42,862 nt of DNA from sequence record SRR31156797_124; one strand, 5' to 3'. Of the stretch, positions 1 through 9,474 are shown piece after piece. Under the pieces are notes generated by a model. That model searched no databases. It was not told the origin of the DNA and saw only the letters and a list, made by a program, of their open reading frames with translations. Numbering within the stretch: position 1 is the stretch's first letter; each line of letters begins with the position of its first letter. The position numbers and the translations under genes were made by a program.

Positions 1-1
1 A

Positions 2-100
2 TTCAAATCAAGACCAAACAGACCTCATCCGTTGTTCAGAGATTTTGTTGGTGCAAGTATTGAACGTCAGCAAATGAAAAAAGCTGAAGGTGTTATGTAG
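2..100 (+). CDS. pyrG: CTP synthase, C-terminal fragment (gene starts before the window)
   Basis: Not in the ORF track. Frame 2 reads [32 protein letters not shown]-stop (TAG 98-100), matching the (HPE)FKSRPxRPHPLF end of the PyrG glutaminase domain. Confidence 0.9.
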   Translation, partial: FKSRPNRPHPLFRDFVGASIERQQMKKAEGVM

Positions 101-121
101 AAGTTATTAATATAGTAATGA

Positions 122-155
122 AAAGGAACTTATTCATATATGATTAAGTTCCTTT
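122..155. terminator. Hairpin between convergent pyrG and buk, probable terminator
   Basis: AAAGGAACTTA (122-132) pairs with TAAGTTCCTTT (145-155); overlaps the last buk codons. Confidence 0.65.
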
Positions 156-1255
156 GTGGTAATGATGTGTCTATTGTATATCTTTGCTGCTTCACTGCCA
201 GTTAATACTCGTAATGCACCTAAGGCGAGAGCTTGCATTTCCTTTTCTCCCGGGTATATTGCTATTGGTGCTACCTGTGATACTCTCGTTTTTAGTAGGT
301 CTGTAAAGCGTGAAGAATATGCCAGACCGCCTGTTAGAATAATTCCGTCTACACGAAATTCCAACGCTGCGGCCATAGCACCGATTTCTTTTGATATCTG
401 ATATGCCATTGCATCCATTACAAGATGTGCATATTCGTCGCCATTTTTAATCATTTTGAGACATTGCTGCATATCGTTTGTACCAATATACCCAGTCATA
501 CCGCTTTGTTTTGTTATTTTTTTCAGCAGTTCCTGCTCAGTGTATTTGCCTGAAAAGCATAATTTAATAAGTTCGTCCATAGGAACGGTGCCGCTTCTTT
601 CAGGAGAAAATGGACCTTCCCCGGCGAGGCCGTCATTAACATCGATAACTCTGCCGTATTTGTGAGCACCTATTGTGATACCACCGCCCATATGAGCAAC
701 AATTAGACGTAAATCTTTATATTCAGTATTTGTATCCTTAGCGTATTCTTTGGCAACGGCTTTTTGATTTAGTGCATGGAATCTGCTCTTTCTCTGAATT
801 TTTGGAACACCTGAGAGTTTAGCAATTGGTTCCATTTCGTCAACAACTATTGGGTCAACAATATATGCATTTAGATTGGCTTCTCTTGCAATGTCAAAGG
901 CTAGAATACCTCCTAATGCAGAAGCATGAAGTGAAGCAGCTCTCTTTCTAAGGTCTGTAATCATTTCTTCATTTACCAGATATGTACCGCTTGGAATAGG
1001 TTTGACTATTCCACCTCTGCCTACAATAGCGTCAAAAGAATATATATCGATTCCTAATTTATCAAGCATGTTCATAATAATTTGTTTGCGCATATCTTTT
1101 TGGGCTAATATTCCACTGAATTCATCTATGTCCTTTACTTCGTGACGCAAAGTATTATCATAGATAGCATTCTTATTATGATACACAGCAATTTTAGTTG
1201 ATGTAGAACCCGGATTTATAATCAGGAGTTTATATATTTTGTTTTCTCTACTCAT
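134..1255 (-). CDS. buk: Butyrate kinase (branched-chain carboxylic acid kinase)
   Basis: INPGSTSTK, VGRGG, HASALGG, FHALNQKA, AHMGGG, GPFSPERSG, LTGGLA and YPGEKE motifs. Start moved from 1288 to ATG 1255, which follows a GAGGA RBS. Confidence 0.93.
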   Translation of the reverse strand: MSRENKIYKLLIINPGSTSTKIAVYHNKNAIYDNTLRHEVKDIDEFSGILAQKDMRKQIIMNMLDKLGIDIYSFDAIVGRGGIVKPIPSGTYLVNEEMITDLRKRAASLHASALGGILAFDIAREANLNAYIVDPIVVDEMEPIAKLSGVPKIQRKSRFHALNQKAVAKEYAKDTNTEYKDLRLIVAHMGGGITIGAHKYGRVIDVNDGLAGEGPFSPERSGTVPMDELIKLCFSGKYTEQELLKKITKQSGMTGYIGTNDMQQCLKMIKNGDEYAHLVMDAMAYQISKEIGAMAAALEFRVDGIILTGGLAYSSRFTDLLKTRVSQVAPIAIYPGEKEMQALALGALRVLTGSEAAKIYNRHIITTKELNHI

Positions 1256-1277
1256 TCTATCCTCGTTATTAAATATA

Positions 1278-1940
1278 TTACCAATCAATAGGAGTGATAT
1301 TATTTTTATCTAGTATTTCATTTGTTCTGGAGAAAGGCTTGCTTCCAAAAAAGCCTCTGGAGGCTGACAAAGGACTAGGGTGGGGAGATGAGATTATGTG
1401 ATGAATGGGATTTGTAATCAATACTGACTTTTGCTTGGCATAATTGCCCCACAAAATAAAAACAACAGGGCTGGTCTTTTTATTTAAGTGTATGATTACA
1501 TTGTTAGTTAGTTCTTCCCAGCCTAGTTTCCTGTGCGAACCAGCTTGATGAGCACGAACTGATAGGACTGCATTCATAAGCAGTACTCCCTGTTTTGCCC
1601 ATCTGTCAAGGCAGCCTGATTCAGCTATTTCTATACCTAAGTCATCCTTAAGCTCTTTAAAAATATTTAGAAGAGAAGGCGGTTTGCGGATACCATCCTG
1701 TACAGAAAAAGCTAGACCATGTGCTTGACCGTCGTCATGGTATGGATCTTGTCCAATTATACATACCTTTGTATCTGAATATGAACATAAACAAAATGCG
1801 TTAAATATGTTGTTCTTGTCTGGAAAAATTTTTCCGTGTAAATATTCTTGTGTAAGTTTCTCTCGTAATTTGCAGTAATATTCTTGCTTTGATTCGTAGT
1901 TAAAGAATTCCTGCCAATCATTCCCTATAACAATAGCCAT
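1278..1940 (-). CDS. ung: Uracil-DNA glycosylase (family 1)
   Basis: GQDPYH, AHGLAFS, PPSL, LWG and HPSPLSA motifs; GGAGG RBS. Confidence 0.97.
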   Translation of the reverse strand: MAIVIGNDWQEFFNYESKQEYYCKLREKLTQEYLHGKIFPDKNNIFNAFCLCSYSDTKVCIIGQDPYHDDGQAHGLAFSVQDGIRKPPSLLNIFKELKDDLGIEIAESGCLDRWAKQGVLLMNAVLSVRAHQAGSHRKLGWEELTNNVIIHLNKKTSPVVFILWGNYAKQKSVLITNPIHHIISSPHPSPLSASRGFFGSKPFSRTNEILDKNNITPIDW

Positions 1941-1986
1941 ATATATTCCTCCGTAAGAAGGATTATAACATATAAATATAAATGTG

Positions 1987-2019
1987 AAAATAAAAGTAGA
2001 GACTAATAAAAGCCTCTAC
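1987..2019 (-). terminator. Intrinsic terminator of spo0A
   Basis: Minus strand GUAGAGGCU-UUUAUU-AGUCUCUAC followed by UUUUAUUUU. Confidence 0.75.
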
Positions 2020-2048
2020 AGATAACTAATTATATGAGCACACATGTT

Positions 2049-2828
2049 TTATGCTGACCTTTCAATAACCAACTTGTCTGCAATCAGAGCAATGAATTCA
2101 CCATTTGTTGGCTTGTCGTTCTTTGTATATATATTATAGCCAAAAATATTGTTAATGTTTTCAATTTTTCCTCTGTTCCACGCTACTTCTATGGCATGAC
2201 GGATAGCTCTCTCTACCTTTGAAGCTGTTGAATCGAAATCCTTTGCAACGCTAGGGTATAGTTCCTTGGTAATCGCATTGATTAAAGCAGGTGTTTCCAT
2301 AACCTTCTTTACAGCAATTCTAAGGTATTGATAGCCCTTAATATGTGCAGGAATACCGATTGATAAGAAAATGGAGGTAATTTGTTCGTCCAGATTTCGC
2401 TTTTGGTTGGCACCTGTATTGATGACAGGGTTTGTGTTCAGTGCAGTTTTTTCGCTAGTTGAAATACTTTTCAGTCTCTTTACTACAAGATTGATATCAA
2501 ATGGCTTAATCATGTAATAATGAACATTCAGGCTCATGACTCGCTGTACGATATCTTCGTGACCGATAGCAGATAGAACCATTATTTCCGGAACTGATAT
2601 TTTCTCCTTGTTAATAGTTTCTAATACCCCTATTCCGTCTACTACAGGCATAATCAAATCCAGTATCAGGACATCCACGCTTTGCTTTCTTAATGCTTCC
2701 AAAGCATCTTTTCCGTTATAAGCCACTGATACAACTTGTGCGAAGTCGCTGTCGTTAATCGTCTTACATAGATGGTTAGATAGAGTTCTGTTGTCTTCAG
2801 CAATAATCACTTTAATCTTTTCGTTCAT
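2049..2828 (-). CDS. spo0A: Sporulation master regulator Spo0A
   Basis: Receiver domain (ILDLIMP, YMIKPFD) plus Spo0A effector domain (GIPAHIKGYQYLR, ITKELYP, SKVERAIRHAIEVAW, KPTNGEFIALIADKL). Confidence 0.98.
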   Translation of the reverse strand: MNEKIKVIIAEDNRTLSNHLCKTINDSDFAQVVSVAYNGKDALEALRKQSVDVLILDLIMPVVDGIGVLETINKEKISVPEIMVLSAIGHEDIVQRVMSLNVHYYMIKPFDINLVVKRLKSISTSEKTALNTNPVINTGANQKRNLDEQITSIFLSIGIPAHIKGYQYLRIAVKKVMETPALINAITKELYPSVAKDFDSTASKVERAIRHAIEVAWNRGKIENINNIFGYNIYTKNDKPTNGEFIALIADKLVIERSA

Positions 2829-2900
2829 GAAATATACCTCTTTAGTTATTTAATCACACTGTGTGAAAATTCAAAAAATACACCTCATCATCTACACCCA

Positions 2901-2938
2901 ATCGCCAAATTGTCGACTAGAGTCGACTGCAGTCGTTA
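2901..2938 (-). promoter_or_regulatory. Four phased 0A-box-like heptamers upstream of spo0A
   Basis: Minus strand TAACGAC, AGTCGAC, AGTCGAC, TGGCGAT at 10, 10 and 11 bp spacing; 0A consensus is TGNCGAA. Confidence 0.55.
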
Positions 2939-2975
2939 TATAACAATATTAACAAATATTTCCTTACAAGTTAGA

Positions 2976-2984
2976 ATTATAACA
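2976..2984 (-). promoter_or_regulatory. Extended -10 sigmaA-type element for spo0A
   Basis: Minus strand TGTTATAAT; the -35 is weak (TTTAAT). Confidence 0.45.
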
Positions 2985-3209
2985 TATTTTTATATATTAT
3001 TAAAGAAAAAATGCTATGAATAATCTGTGGCATTTTAGCAGATAGAGTCATATATTATCGTATATATAATATTGCGCATACTAGGCAGGAATTATTGTAA
3101 TAATTTTTATAAATACTATTGCAGTTTATAGAGTAATACTGATATTTCTTGTCATTTATGTATGAAAACCATATCGTATAATAATATTGAAATCGAAAGG
3201 CGTGAAATT

Positions 3210-3473
3210 ATGACTAGAGGACCTTTATCAAGGATGAAAAAAGTGCCTGTTAAATGCAGCAACTGCGGTAAAATTAAATATAATGTTGTATATGAAGAAA
3301 TTGAGCCCAAAGAAGTTGTAAAAGAAAAACCAATAAAAGAAGAAGTAAAAGATGAAAGAATTAATACAAATAATACTTTAAAAAATACTTCAGCTCGTCC
3401 AAAAACTCATTATATTAGTGATATTATTGCTAATCAGAAAAGACTTGCAGATAAATATAATATTAGTGAATAG
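3210..3473 (+). CDS. Small hypothetical protein with one CxxC motif
   Basis: GAAAGG RBS before ATG 3210 (track start 3162); KCSNCGK followed by a charged E/K-rich tail; no family recognised. Confidence 0.55.
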   Translation: MTRGPLSRMKKVPVKCSNCGKIKYNVVYEEIEPKEVVKEKPIKEEVKDERINTNNTLKNTSARPKTHYISDIIANQKRLADKYNISE

Positions 3474-3493
3474 TACATAGAAAATTGCTTTTA

Positions 3494-4348
3494 TTATAAA
3501 TTGAATTCATATCCTGCACAGAATTGCTTTGTCTGAGGGAATGCTTTCTTCAAGTATTTAAATCCTTCATCTGTAGTACAGTGTCCGACTACTATATTTC
3601 GGACATTGTGTTTTTTAATAGCTTCTACAGCTTTTTTTGCAGTTTCGCTATTAATTCCATTTCTATCTTTACCAACCAAATGCAGACCACCTACCAAGGA
3701 TGCAATTGGCTTATTAAACTTGTTTGCAGTATAATTAAGAGTAGACATTACACCTCTATGGCAGCATCCGGTAAATACATGGATACATGACTTCTCTTCT
3801 ATTATTAGAATACATTCATGTGAAAAATTATCTGTTTCGAATGCCCCATTTCTTTTTGTCAGCAGATTTTTATTTACTATGAAATTATCTGATTGGTCAC
3901 ATAATATATGTACTCCTTCAGAGATTTTCGTGTCTTGACTTATTATATTAAGCTTATTTATACAGCTTTTGTTATTTTTATTCAATCCTATTTTATGCAA
4001 TTTATAATCTTTGCCTGCACATAATAATCTTACAATGCCTTTTACAGGTTTTTTACTGTAATACTTACCATTGATACCATCTCTGGCATAGATTCTGCAT
4101 TTAGGATTCACTTGAATAAAATTAGCAAGCCCTCCCGTATGATCATAGTGAGCATGGGAAATAACTGCTAGATTAATTTTATTTAAATCTAAACCTAATT
4201 TATCTGCATTGGTGAACATATTATTTGTTTTACCGAAATCCAGCATTACTGATGTTGAAGAAGTTGTGATTACCATTGACAAGCCATGTTCACTAGAGTA
4301 ACAATCATTTAATGAATTATTATCAATTAATACTTTTATATTAATCAT
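3494..4348 (-). CDS. MBL-fold metallo-hydrolase (COG1237-like)
   Basis: EHGLS, LDFG, SHAHYDHTGG, FTGCCH, GGLH and GHCT motifs. Start set at ATG 4348 after a GAGGA RBS. Confidence 0.88.
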   Translation of the reverse strand: MINIKVLIDNNSLNDCYSSEHGLSMVITTSSTSVMLDFGKTNNMFTNADKLGLDLNKINLAVISHAHYDHTGGLANFIQVNPKCRIYARDGINGKYYSKKPVKGIVRLLCAGKDYKLHKIGLNKNNKSCINKLNIISQDTKISEGVHILCDQSDNFIVNKNLLTKRNGAFETDNFSHECILIIEEKSCIHVFTGCCHRGVMSTLNYTANKFNKPIASLVGGLHLVGKDRNGINSETAKKAVEAIKKHNVRNIVVGHCTTDEGFKYLKKAFPQTKQFCAGYEFNL

Positions 4349-4649
4349 TGAAGAATCCTCATTTACTTTTACTATATCTAATACATTATAGCATATAGAA
4401 TACCAAATTGGTAAAATATAGCCTTTAGTAAAGAAATCTTGTGTAAGCAAAGGGTAAGATTTTATTTTTTGCGATTATTTTTTGCGTAAATCTATTGACA
4501 AAATAAAAAAAGTGTAGTTAACTTCAAGGTTATTAAAAAAAACATTTGTAAAATTGTTATAAATTTTATACAATATAAAAGTACAAATAAATTTTAAAAA
4601 ATTCCATTTTATTGATTTATTAATACAAAAGAAGAGCAAGGAGAACAAC

Positions 4650-6734
4650 ATGAAGGAGTACAAAACAACTAAAATCAGGAATATCGGTCTTGTCGGACAC
4701 GGTGGTGAAGGCAAGACCATTTTGGCAGAAGCAATGCTTTACAATGCAGGACAGATAGACCGCATGGGAAAAGTGGAAAACGGTAATACAGTTACAGACT
4801 TTGACAACGAAGAAACCAGCAGAGGAATTTCTGTTTCTTTGGCACTTGCTGCATATGAGTGGAATGATACAAAAATTAATATTATAGATATGCCAGGTTA
4901 TTTTGATATGGCTGGCGAGGTATACAGTGGATTAAAAGTAGTAGACAGTGCTGTAATAGTCCTAGGTGCAACATCAGGTCTAGAAGTAGGTGCAGAGAAG
5001 GCTTGGGACTTCTGTAAAGCAAACGGCGTTGCGAAGATGTTCTTCGTCAATCAGATGGATAAAGAAAATGCCAATTTTGATAAAGTTCTGGATGAATTGA
5101 CACAAAAATATGGTACAGCAATTGCACCGATTCAGCTTCCCATTAGAGACAGCGGCAAACTTGTAGGATATGTTGATATGCTAAAGGATACAGCATACAA
5201 ATTCAACGATACTAAGCTTGGTAAAGAGGAAATAGAAATACCAGATGATATTCACCCCAGAGTAAATCAATTGGAAGAAGTTCTGATGGAATCTGCTGCT
5301 TCAGCATCAGAAGAGTTGATGGAAAAGTACTTTGAGGATGGTGAATTGTCAAAAGAGGATACAATAAAAGGACTGCACATGGGTATTACTGAAGGAAGTC
5401 TTGTACCTGTATTCTGTGGGAGTGCATTGGGCAACAGAGGTGTAAAGACTATGATGGATGAGTTTGTAGAACTGATGCCATCACCTGATGAGAGGTCAGC
5501 ATACTCTGCAAAAGATATAAATTCAGGAGAAACTATTGAGCTTAGCTGTGGTGAAGGTCAAAAAACTTCATTGTTCGTCTTTAAGTCAATTTCAGATAAA
5601 CATGTAGGGAAAATAAATCTATTCAGAGTAATAACAGGTCAAGTAGAGGGGGGAGCACATCTATACAATTCTTCAACTGGTAAGGAAGAAAGAGTGCAGC
5701 ATGTATACACAATGCAGGGTAAGAAGCAGATTGAATTGTCTTCTCTAGTTTGCGGTGATATAGGTGCGTTAACAAAACTATCAAATACAAACACAAACGA
5801 TACATTGTATGATAATGCAAAGCCAGTTAAAGTTGATGAAATTGAGTTCCCAGCACCATGTATTTCTTTTGCGGTATCTGCATTAAAAGAAGGAGACGAA
5901 GACAAGGTGTTCTCAGGTCTGCATAAATTAGAGGAAGAAGATCCCTCATTCACAGTTGAAAAATCAAAAGATACTCCTGACACTTTGATTTCAGGTCAGG
6001 GTGCTTTGCACATTAATATTATAATTAGTAAATTAAAGAATAAATTCGGTGCTGAAGCAGCATTGAACGATCCTCAGATTGCATACAGAGAAACAATCAA
6101 AAAGACTGTAGAGGCTCAAGGTAAGCACAAGAAGCAATCGGGCGGACATGGACAGTTCGGTGATGTACATATTCGTTTTGAACCAATTTTGGATGGCTCA
6201 GCTGAATTTGAATTTGTTGACAAAATCGTAGGCGGAGTTGTTCCTAGGAACTATATCCCTGCAGTAGAAAAAGGATTGAGAGAGTGTATTGGCAAGGGAG
6301 CTTTGGCAGGATACCCAGTGGTAAATCTTCGCTGTACGCTATACGATGGTTCGTATCACCCTGTTGATTCATCAGAAATGGCATTCAAGACTGCTGCACA
6401 TCTGGCATTTAAGAAGGGGTGTCTGGAAGCAAGTCCAGTGATATTAGAGCCAGTGTATCATATATCTGTTTTAATCCCAGAGGATTACATGGGTGATATA
6501 ATTGGTGATATGAACAGAAGACGTGGACGCATTATGGGAATGAACCCAGCAGGTAAAGGTATGCAGATTGTTGAGGCAGAGGTTCCACAATCTGAAATAT
6601 TTAAATATGCTACTGATTTAAGGTCCATAACTGGCGCACGAGGTTCGTTTACAACTGAGTTTGCCAGATACGAGGAATTGCCTACTAATCTGGCTCAGAA
6701 GGTCATAGAAGCAGCAAATAATAAAGACGAATAA
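4650..6734 (+). CDS. Elongation factor G paralogue (EF-G2/FusA2-like)
   Basis: Full EF-G architecture: GHGGEGKT, RGISV, DMPGY, NQMD, EEDPSF, IAYRETI, KKQSGGHGQFG, YHPVDSSEMAF, LEPV. Not in an rpsL-rpsG-tuf context. Confidence 0.93.
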   Translation: MKEYKTTKIRNIGLVGHGGEGKTILAEAMLYNAGQIDRMGKVENGNTVTDFDNEETSRGISVSLALAAYEWNDTKINIIDMPGYFDMAGEVYSGLKVVDSAVIVLGATSGLEVGAEKAWDFCKANGVAKMFFVNQMDKENANFDKVLDELTQKYGTAIAPIQLPIRDSGKLVGYVDMLKDTAYKFNDTKLGKEEIEIPDDIHPRVNQLEEVLMESAASASEELMEKYFEDGELSKEDTIKGLHMGITEGSLVPVFCGSALGNRGVKTMMDEFVELMPSPDERSAYSAKDINSGETIELSCGEGQKTSLFVFKSISDKHVGKINLFRVITGQVEGGAHLYNSSTGKEERVQHVYTMQGKKQIELSSLVCGDIGALTKLSNTNTNDTLYDNAKPVKVDEIEFPAPCISFAVSALKEGDEDKVFSGLHKLEEEDPSFTVEKSKDTPDTLISGQGALHINIIISKLKNKFGAEAALNDPQIAYRETIKKTVEAQGKHKKQSGGHGQFGDVHIRFEPILDGSAEFEFVDKIVGGVVPRNYIPAVEKGLRECIGKGALAGYPVVNLRCTLYDGSYHPVDSSEMAFKTAAHLAFKKGCLEASPVILEPVYHISVLIPEDYMGDIIGDMNRRRGRIMGMNPAGKGMQIVEAEVPQSEIFKYATDLRSITGARGSFTTEFARYEELPTNLAQKVIEAANNKDE

Positions 6735-6741
6735 ATATGAC

Positions 6742-6772
6742 GAGGACTGCTCTTTATGGGCAGTCTTTTTTT
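6742..6772 (+). terminator. Intrinsic terminator after the EF-G paralogue
   Basis: GGACTGCTC-TTTAT-GGGCAGTCT followed by a T run. Confidence 0.85.
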
Positions 6773-7019
6773 ATATTTATATTACTGGTTAACATAATAA
6801 GATTATACTCTATAAAACATAGTATATAACATCTCTGGGCATTTCATTGAAAATGATTATTTTGATGTAAAATTTATTAACAAATAATATAGTTAAGATT
6901 GTAAAAAATTAACACCCAGACACAGTATTATATACATATAGCGTATTGCGGTGAATGCAAATAGTATGATATAATTTTTATGATTAAAAGCACAATGGAC
7001 TATTATTGAGGGGTAAAGT

Positions 7020-7943
7020 ATGGTTGCAAATGATATTTTGGATTTAGTCGGAAAGACACCTATGCTAAAACTGAACAAGTATATGAATAAGTATGGATTA
7101 AAAGCAAATTTAATTGCGAAATTAGAGGGCTTTAATCCTATGGGTTCAGTGAAGGATAGAGTTGCAGTACAGATAATAGATGATGCAATTAAAAGAGGTG
7201 AAATTAACGCTGAAACTACCATAGTGGAAGCAACAAGCGGAAACACAGGGATTGGTCTTGCAATGGTTGCAGCTGTAAAGAATATGAAACTTATAATAGT
7301 AATGCCTGATACGATGAGTGAGGAAAGGGTTACTATGCTAAAGGCAATGGGGGCACAGGTTGTCTTATCTCCCGGAAGCGAGGGTATGACTGGCTCTATT
7401 AGGAAAGCGAAGCAGATATTGAAGGAAATACCAAATAGTTATCTTGCAAAACAATTTGCTAATGATTCTGTAGTAGAAACCCATATAATAAATACAGGTA
7501 AAGAAATTCTAGAGGATTTAAAGGGAAACGCAGATGCTTTGGTAGCAGGAGTTGGTACAGGCGGTACACTGACTGGTATTTCTACACTGATGAAAATCCA
7601 TAACCCTAATTTTATTACAATTGCTGTTGAGCCATATGGTTCACCTGTCTTATCACGAGGAGAGAGCGGAAAGCACCGAATACAGGGAATTGGAGCAGGC
7701 TTCATTCCGCCTGTACTTGATACTTCTTGCATTGATAAGGTTGTAGCGGTAAGAGACATTGATGCAGTAGAGACTACTAGAGAGATATTAAAAGAGGAAG
7801 GTCTGTTTGTAGGGATTTCATCAGGTGCTGCATTATTTGCAGCGAGACAGATAGCGCTTATGCCAGAATTTGAAGGTAAGAATATTGTAGTTATACTACC
7901 TGATTCAGGATCCAAATATCTATCCACCAAAATTTTCAGCTAG
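7020..7943 (+). CDS. cysK: Cysteine synthase A (O-acetylserine sulfhydrylase)
   Basis: NPMGSVKDR (PLP lysine), EATSGNTGIG, GVGTGGT, IQGIGAGF, GISSGAA and PDSGSKYLST motifs. Confidence 0.94.
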   Translation: MVANDILDLVGKTPMLKLNKYMNKYGLKANLIAKLEGFNPMGSVKDRVAVQIIDDAIKRGEINAETTIVEATSGNTGIGLAMVAAVKNMKLIIVMPDTMSEERVTMLKAMGAQVVLSPGSEGMTGSIRKAKQILKEIPNSYLAKQFANDSVVETHIINTGKEILEDLKGNADALVAGVGTGGTLTGISTLMKIHNPNFITIAVEPYGSPVLSRGESGKHRIQGIGAGFIPPVLDTSCIDKVVAVRDIDAVETTREILKEEGLFVGISSGAALFAARQIALMPEFEGKNIVVILPDSGSKYLSTKIFS

Positions 7944-8117
7944 ATTTTTATAATTTGTTTCAGCGAAAGTCTATACAGCGATCTGTTTGTGATTTTTTAT
8001 GTAGATTAGTAGCCTTATATAAGAATATTGCAATTATTATAAACAGTATTATATAATGCTATAATAATACATAAATATACAATACTGTACATTAGATAAA
8101 TGAGAGGTACACAGGAT

Positions 8118-9443
8118 ATGATAATTGATACACATTGCCACCTATTTAGTAAGGAAATTCTTGCAGAGGAATTCTTAAGAATAAGTAATAATTTAAAGGA
8201 CTTAAGCAGTTCGCAGATAGCGAAGCGATTTAGCGGAGCTGATTTGCAGAATGTAGCTCTTTTCATCAGTCATGGAATGGACAGCGACTGCCTTGAATTG
8301 TATGGATATATGCAAAAATGTTATGGTGAAGAGTTTATTGCAGTACCTTTAATGCTGGATCTAACCTTTACTATGGTAAATCCATATTTAGAGACTGACA
8401 GCGAAAGCGGAGACAAGCTGTTGGCTGTCACAAAAAACATTAACAATACAGTATTAAAAGGTTTAAAATCTATATCTTCCAGTGGAGATAATATGCTTAT
8501 TGCCTCCTTGGAAAAAGTTCAGTATAAGCTGAATAATTCTCAGCTTGGGATTTTTAAAGATAATTATCAAATCCAGCTTAACGATATGATACAGCTAAAG
8601 AAGACATTAGGAGATAAGGTTTACCCATTTTTTAGTATCGACCCTAGGCGTGAGAGTGAGTTTACTAATGGTATTTTAGGTGAGATAAAGAAATATGTAG
8701 GTAAGGATAAACCTTTTAGAGGGCTAAAATTATACACATCACTAGGATACTCACCAACAAATCCTGTGCTTTATGATGACAATGGCAGAGAAAGTGTATA
8801 TGGCTACTGCCAAAAGCATAAAATACCAATAACAATACATTGCGGATATGAAGGATTCTCTCATGGATTGGACAGGAATGTAATCGATGGTGATGTCTAC
8901 TATCCTGAAGCTGGCAGACCAGTATCAATGTCACATCTAGATAGCAGTAGGATATACTCCTATGACAAGAGCTTATTAAGTGCCAAGGACATGGTGAGAG
9001 AGAAACAGCTTCTTCTCAATCATCCTTTACTGTGGCGTAAAGTGCTTAAGAAATATCCCAAACTGAAGATGAATATGGCGCATATGGGAGGAAGTTCTCA
9101 GCTAGGTCTATATACAAAAGGAAGTGAAACTGGTTACTGGACAAAGCAGATAATTGAATTGGTAGCTGAATATAAGAATGTATATACAGATATAAGCTTC
9201 TTCAATGAACACGAGGAAAATGCTGTAACAGTGGGTGAATTCTATGATGAAGTATACAAGAAACTGCCTAGAAGAGTTCAGAAGAAAATACTTTGGGGTT
9301 CGGATTTCTTTATGCTTGATTTAGCCGAAGTGGATTTGGGCAGTTACCTTAATAAGTTCAAAACGGTATTTGGTAATGATTTTATAGATGTAGCGTATAA
9401 TTCACCCAGGAGATTTTTGGGATTAAGTAATTGGTGGTTCTAA
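8118..9443 (+). CDS. Amidohydrolase-superfamily metallo-hydrolase (Amidohydro_2-like)
   Basis: IDTHCH, GLKLY, IHC, AHMG, YTDIS and WGSDF motifs. Start ATG 8118 after GAGG (track start 8100). Confidence 0.8.
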   Translation: MIIDTHCHLFSKEILAEEFLRISNNLKDLSSSQIAKRFSGADLQNVALFISHGMDSDCLELYGYMQKCYGEEFIAVPLMLDLTFTMVNPYLETDSESGDKLLAVTKNINNTVLKGLKSISSSGDNMLIASLEKVQYKLNNSQLGIFKDNYQIQLNDMIQLKKTLGDKVYPFFSIDPRRESEFTNGILGEIKKYVGKDKPFRGLKLYTSLGYSPTNPVLYDDNGRESVYGYCQKHKIPITIHCGYEGFSHGLDRNVIDGDVYYPEAGRPVSMSHLDSSRIYSYDKSLLSAKDMVREKQLLLNHPLLWRKVLKKYPKLKMNMAHMGGSSQLGLYTKGSETGYWTKQIIELVAEYKNVYTDISFFNEHEENAVTVGEFYDEVYKKLPRRVQKKILWGSDFFMLDLAEVDLGSYLNKFKTVFGNDFIDVAYNSPRRFLGLSNWWF

Positions 9444-9474
9444 AGAAAAATTAAAAGAGAATTTAAGATTAGGA

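Noticed and set aside
2917-2932. CTAGAGTCGACTGCAG resembles a XbaI-SalI-PstI cloning polylinker
   Set aside because: The XbaI site is incomplete, it differs from pUC TCTAGAGTCGACCTGCAG, and no vector sequence flanks it. Phased 0A-like boxes explain it better.
6747-6763. Shared core CTGC..TTATGGGCAG with the hairpin at 39813-39837
   Set aside because: Only two short copies, both explained as terminators; not enough for a repeat family.
6775-7019. Riboswitch or sRNA upstream of cysK (TCTGGG...CCCAGA pairing)
   Set aside because: No T-box or S-box motifs, only a 6-bp complement in AT-rich DNA, and the likely promoter lies close to the start codon.
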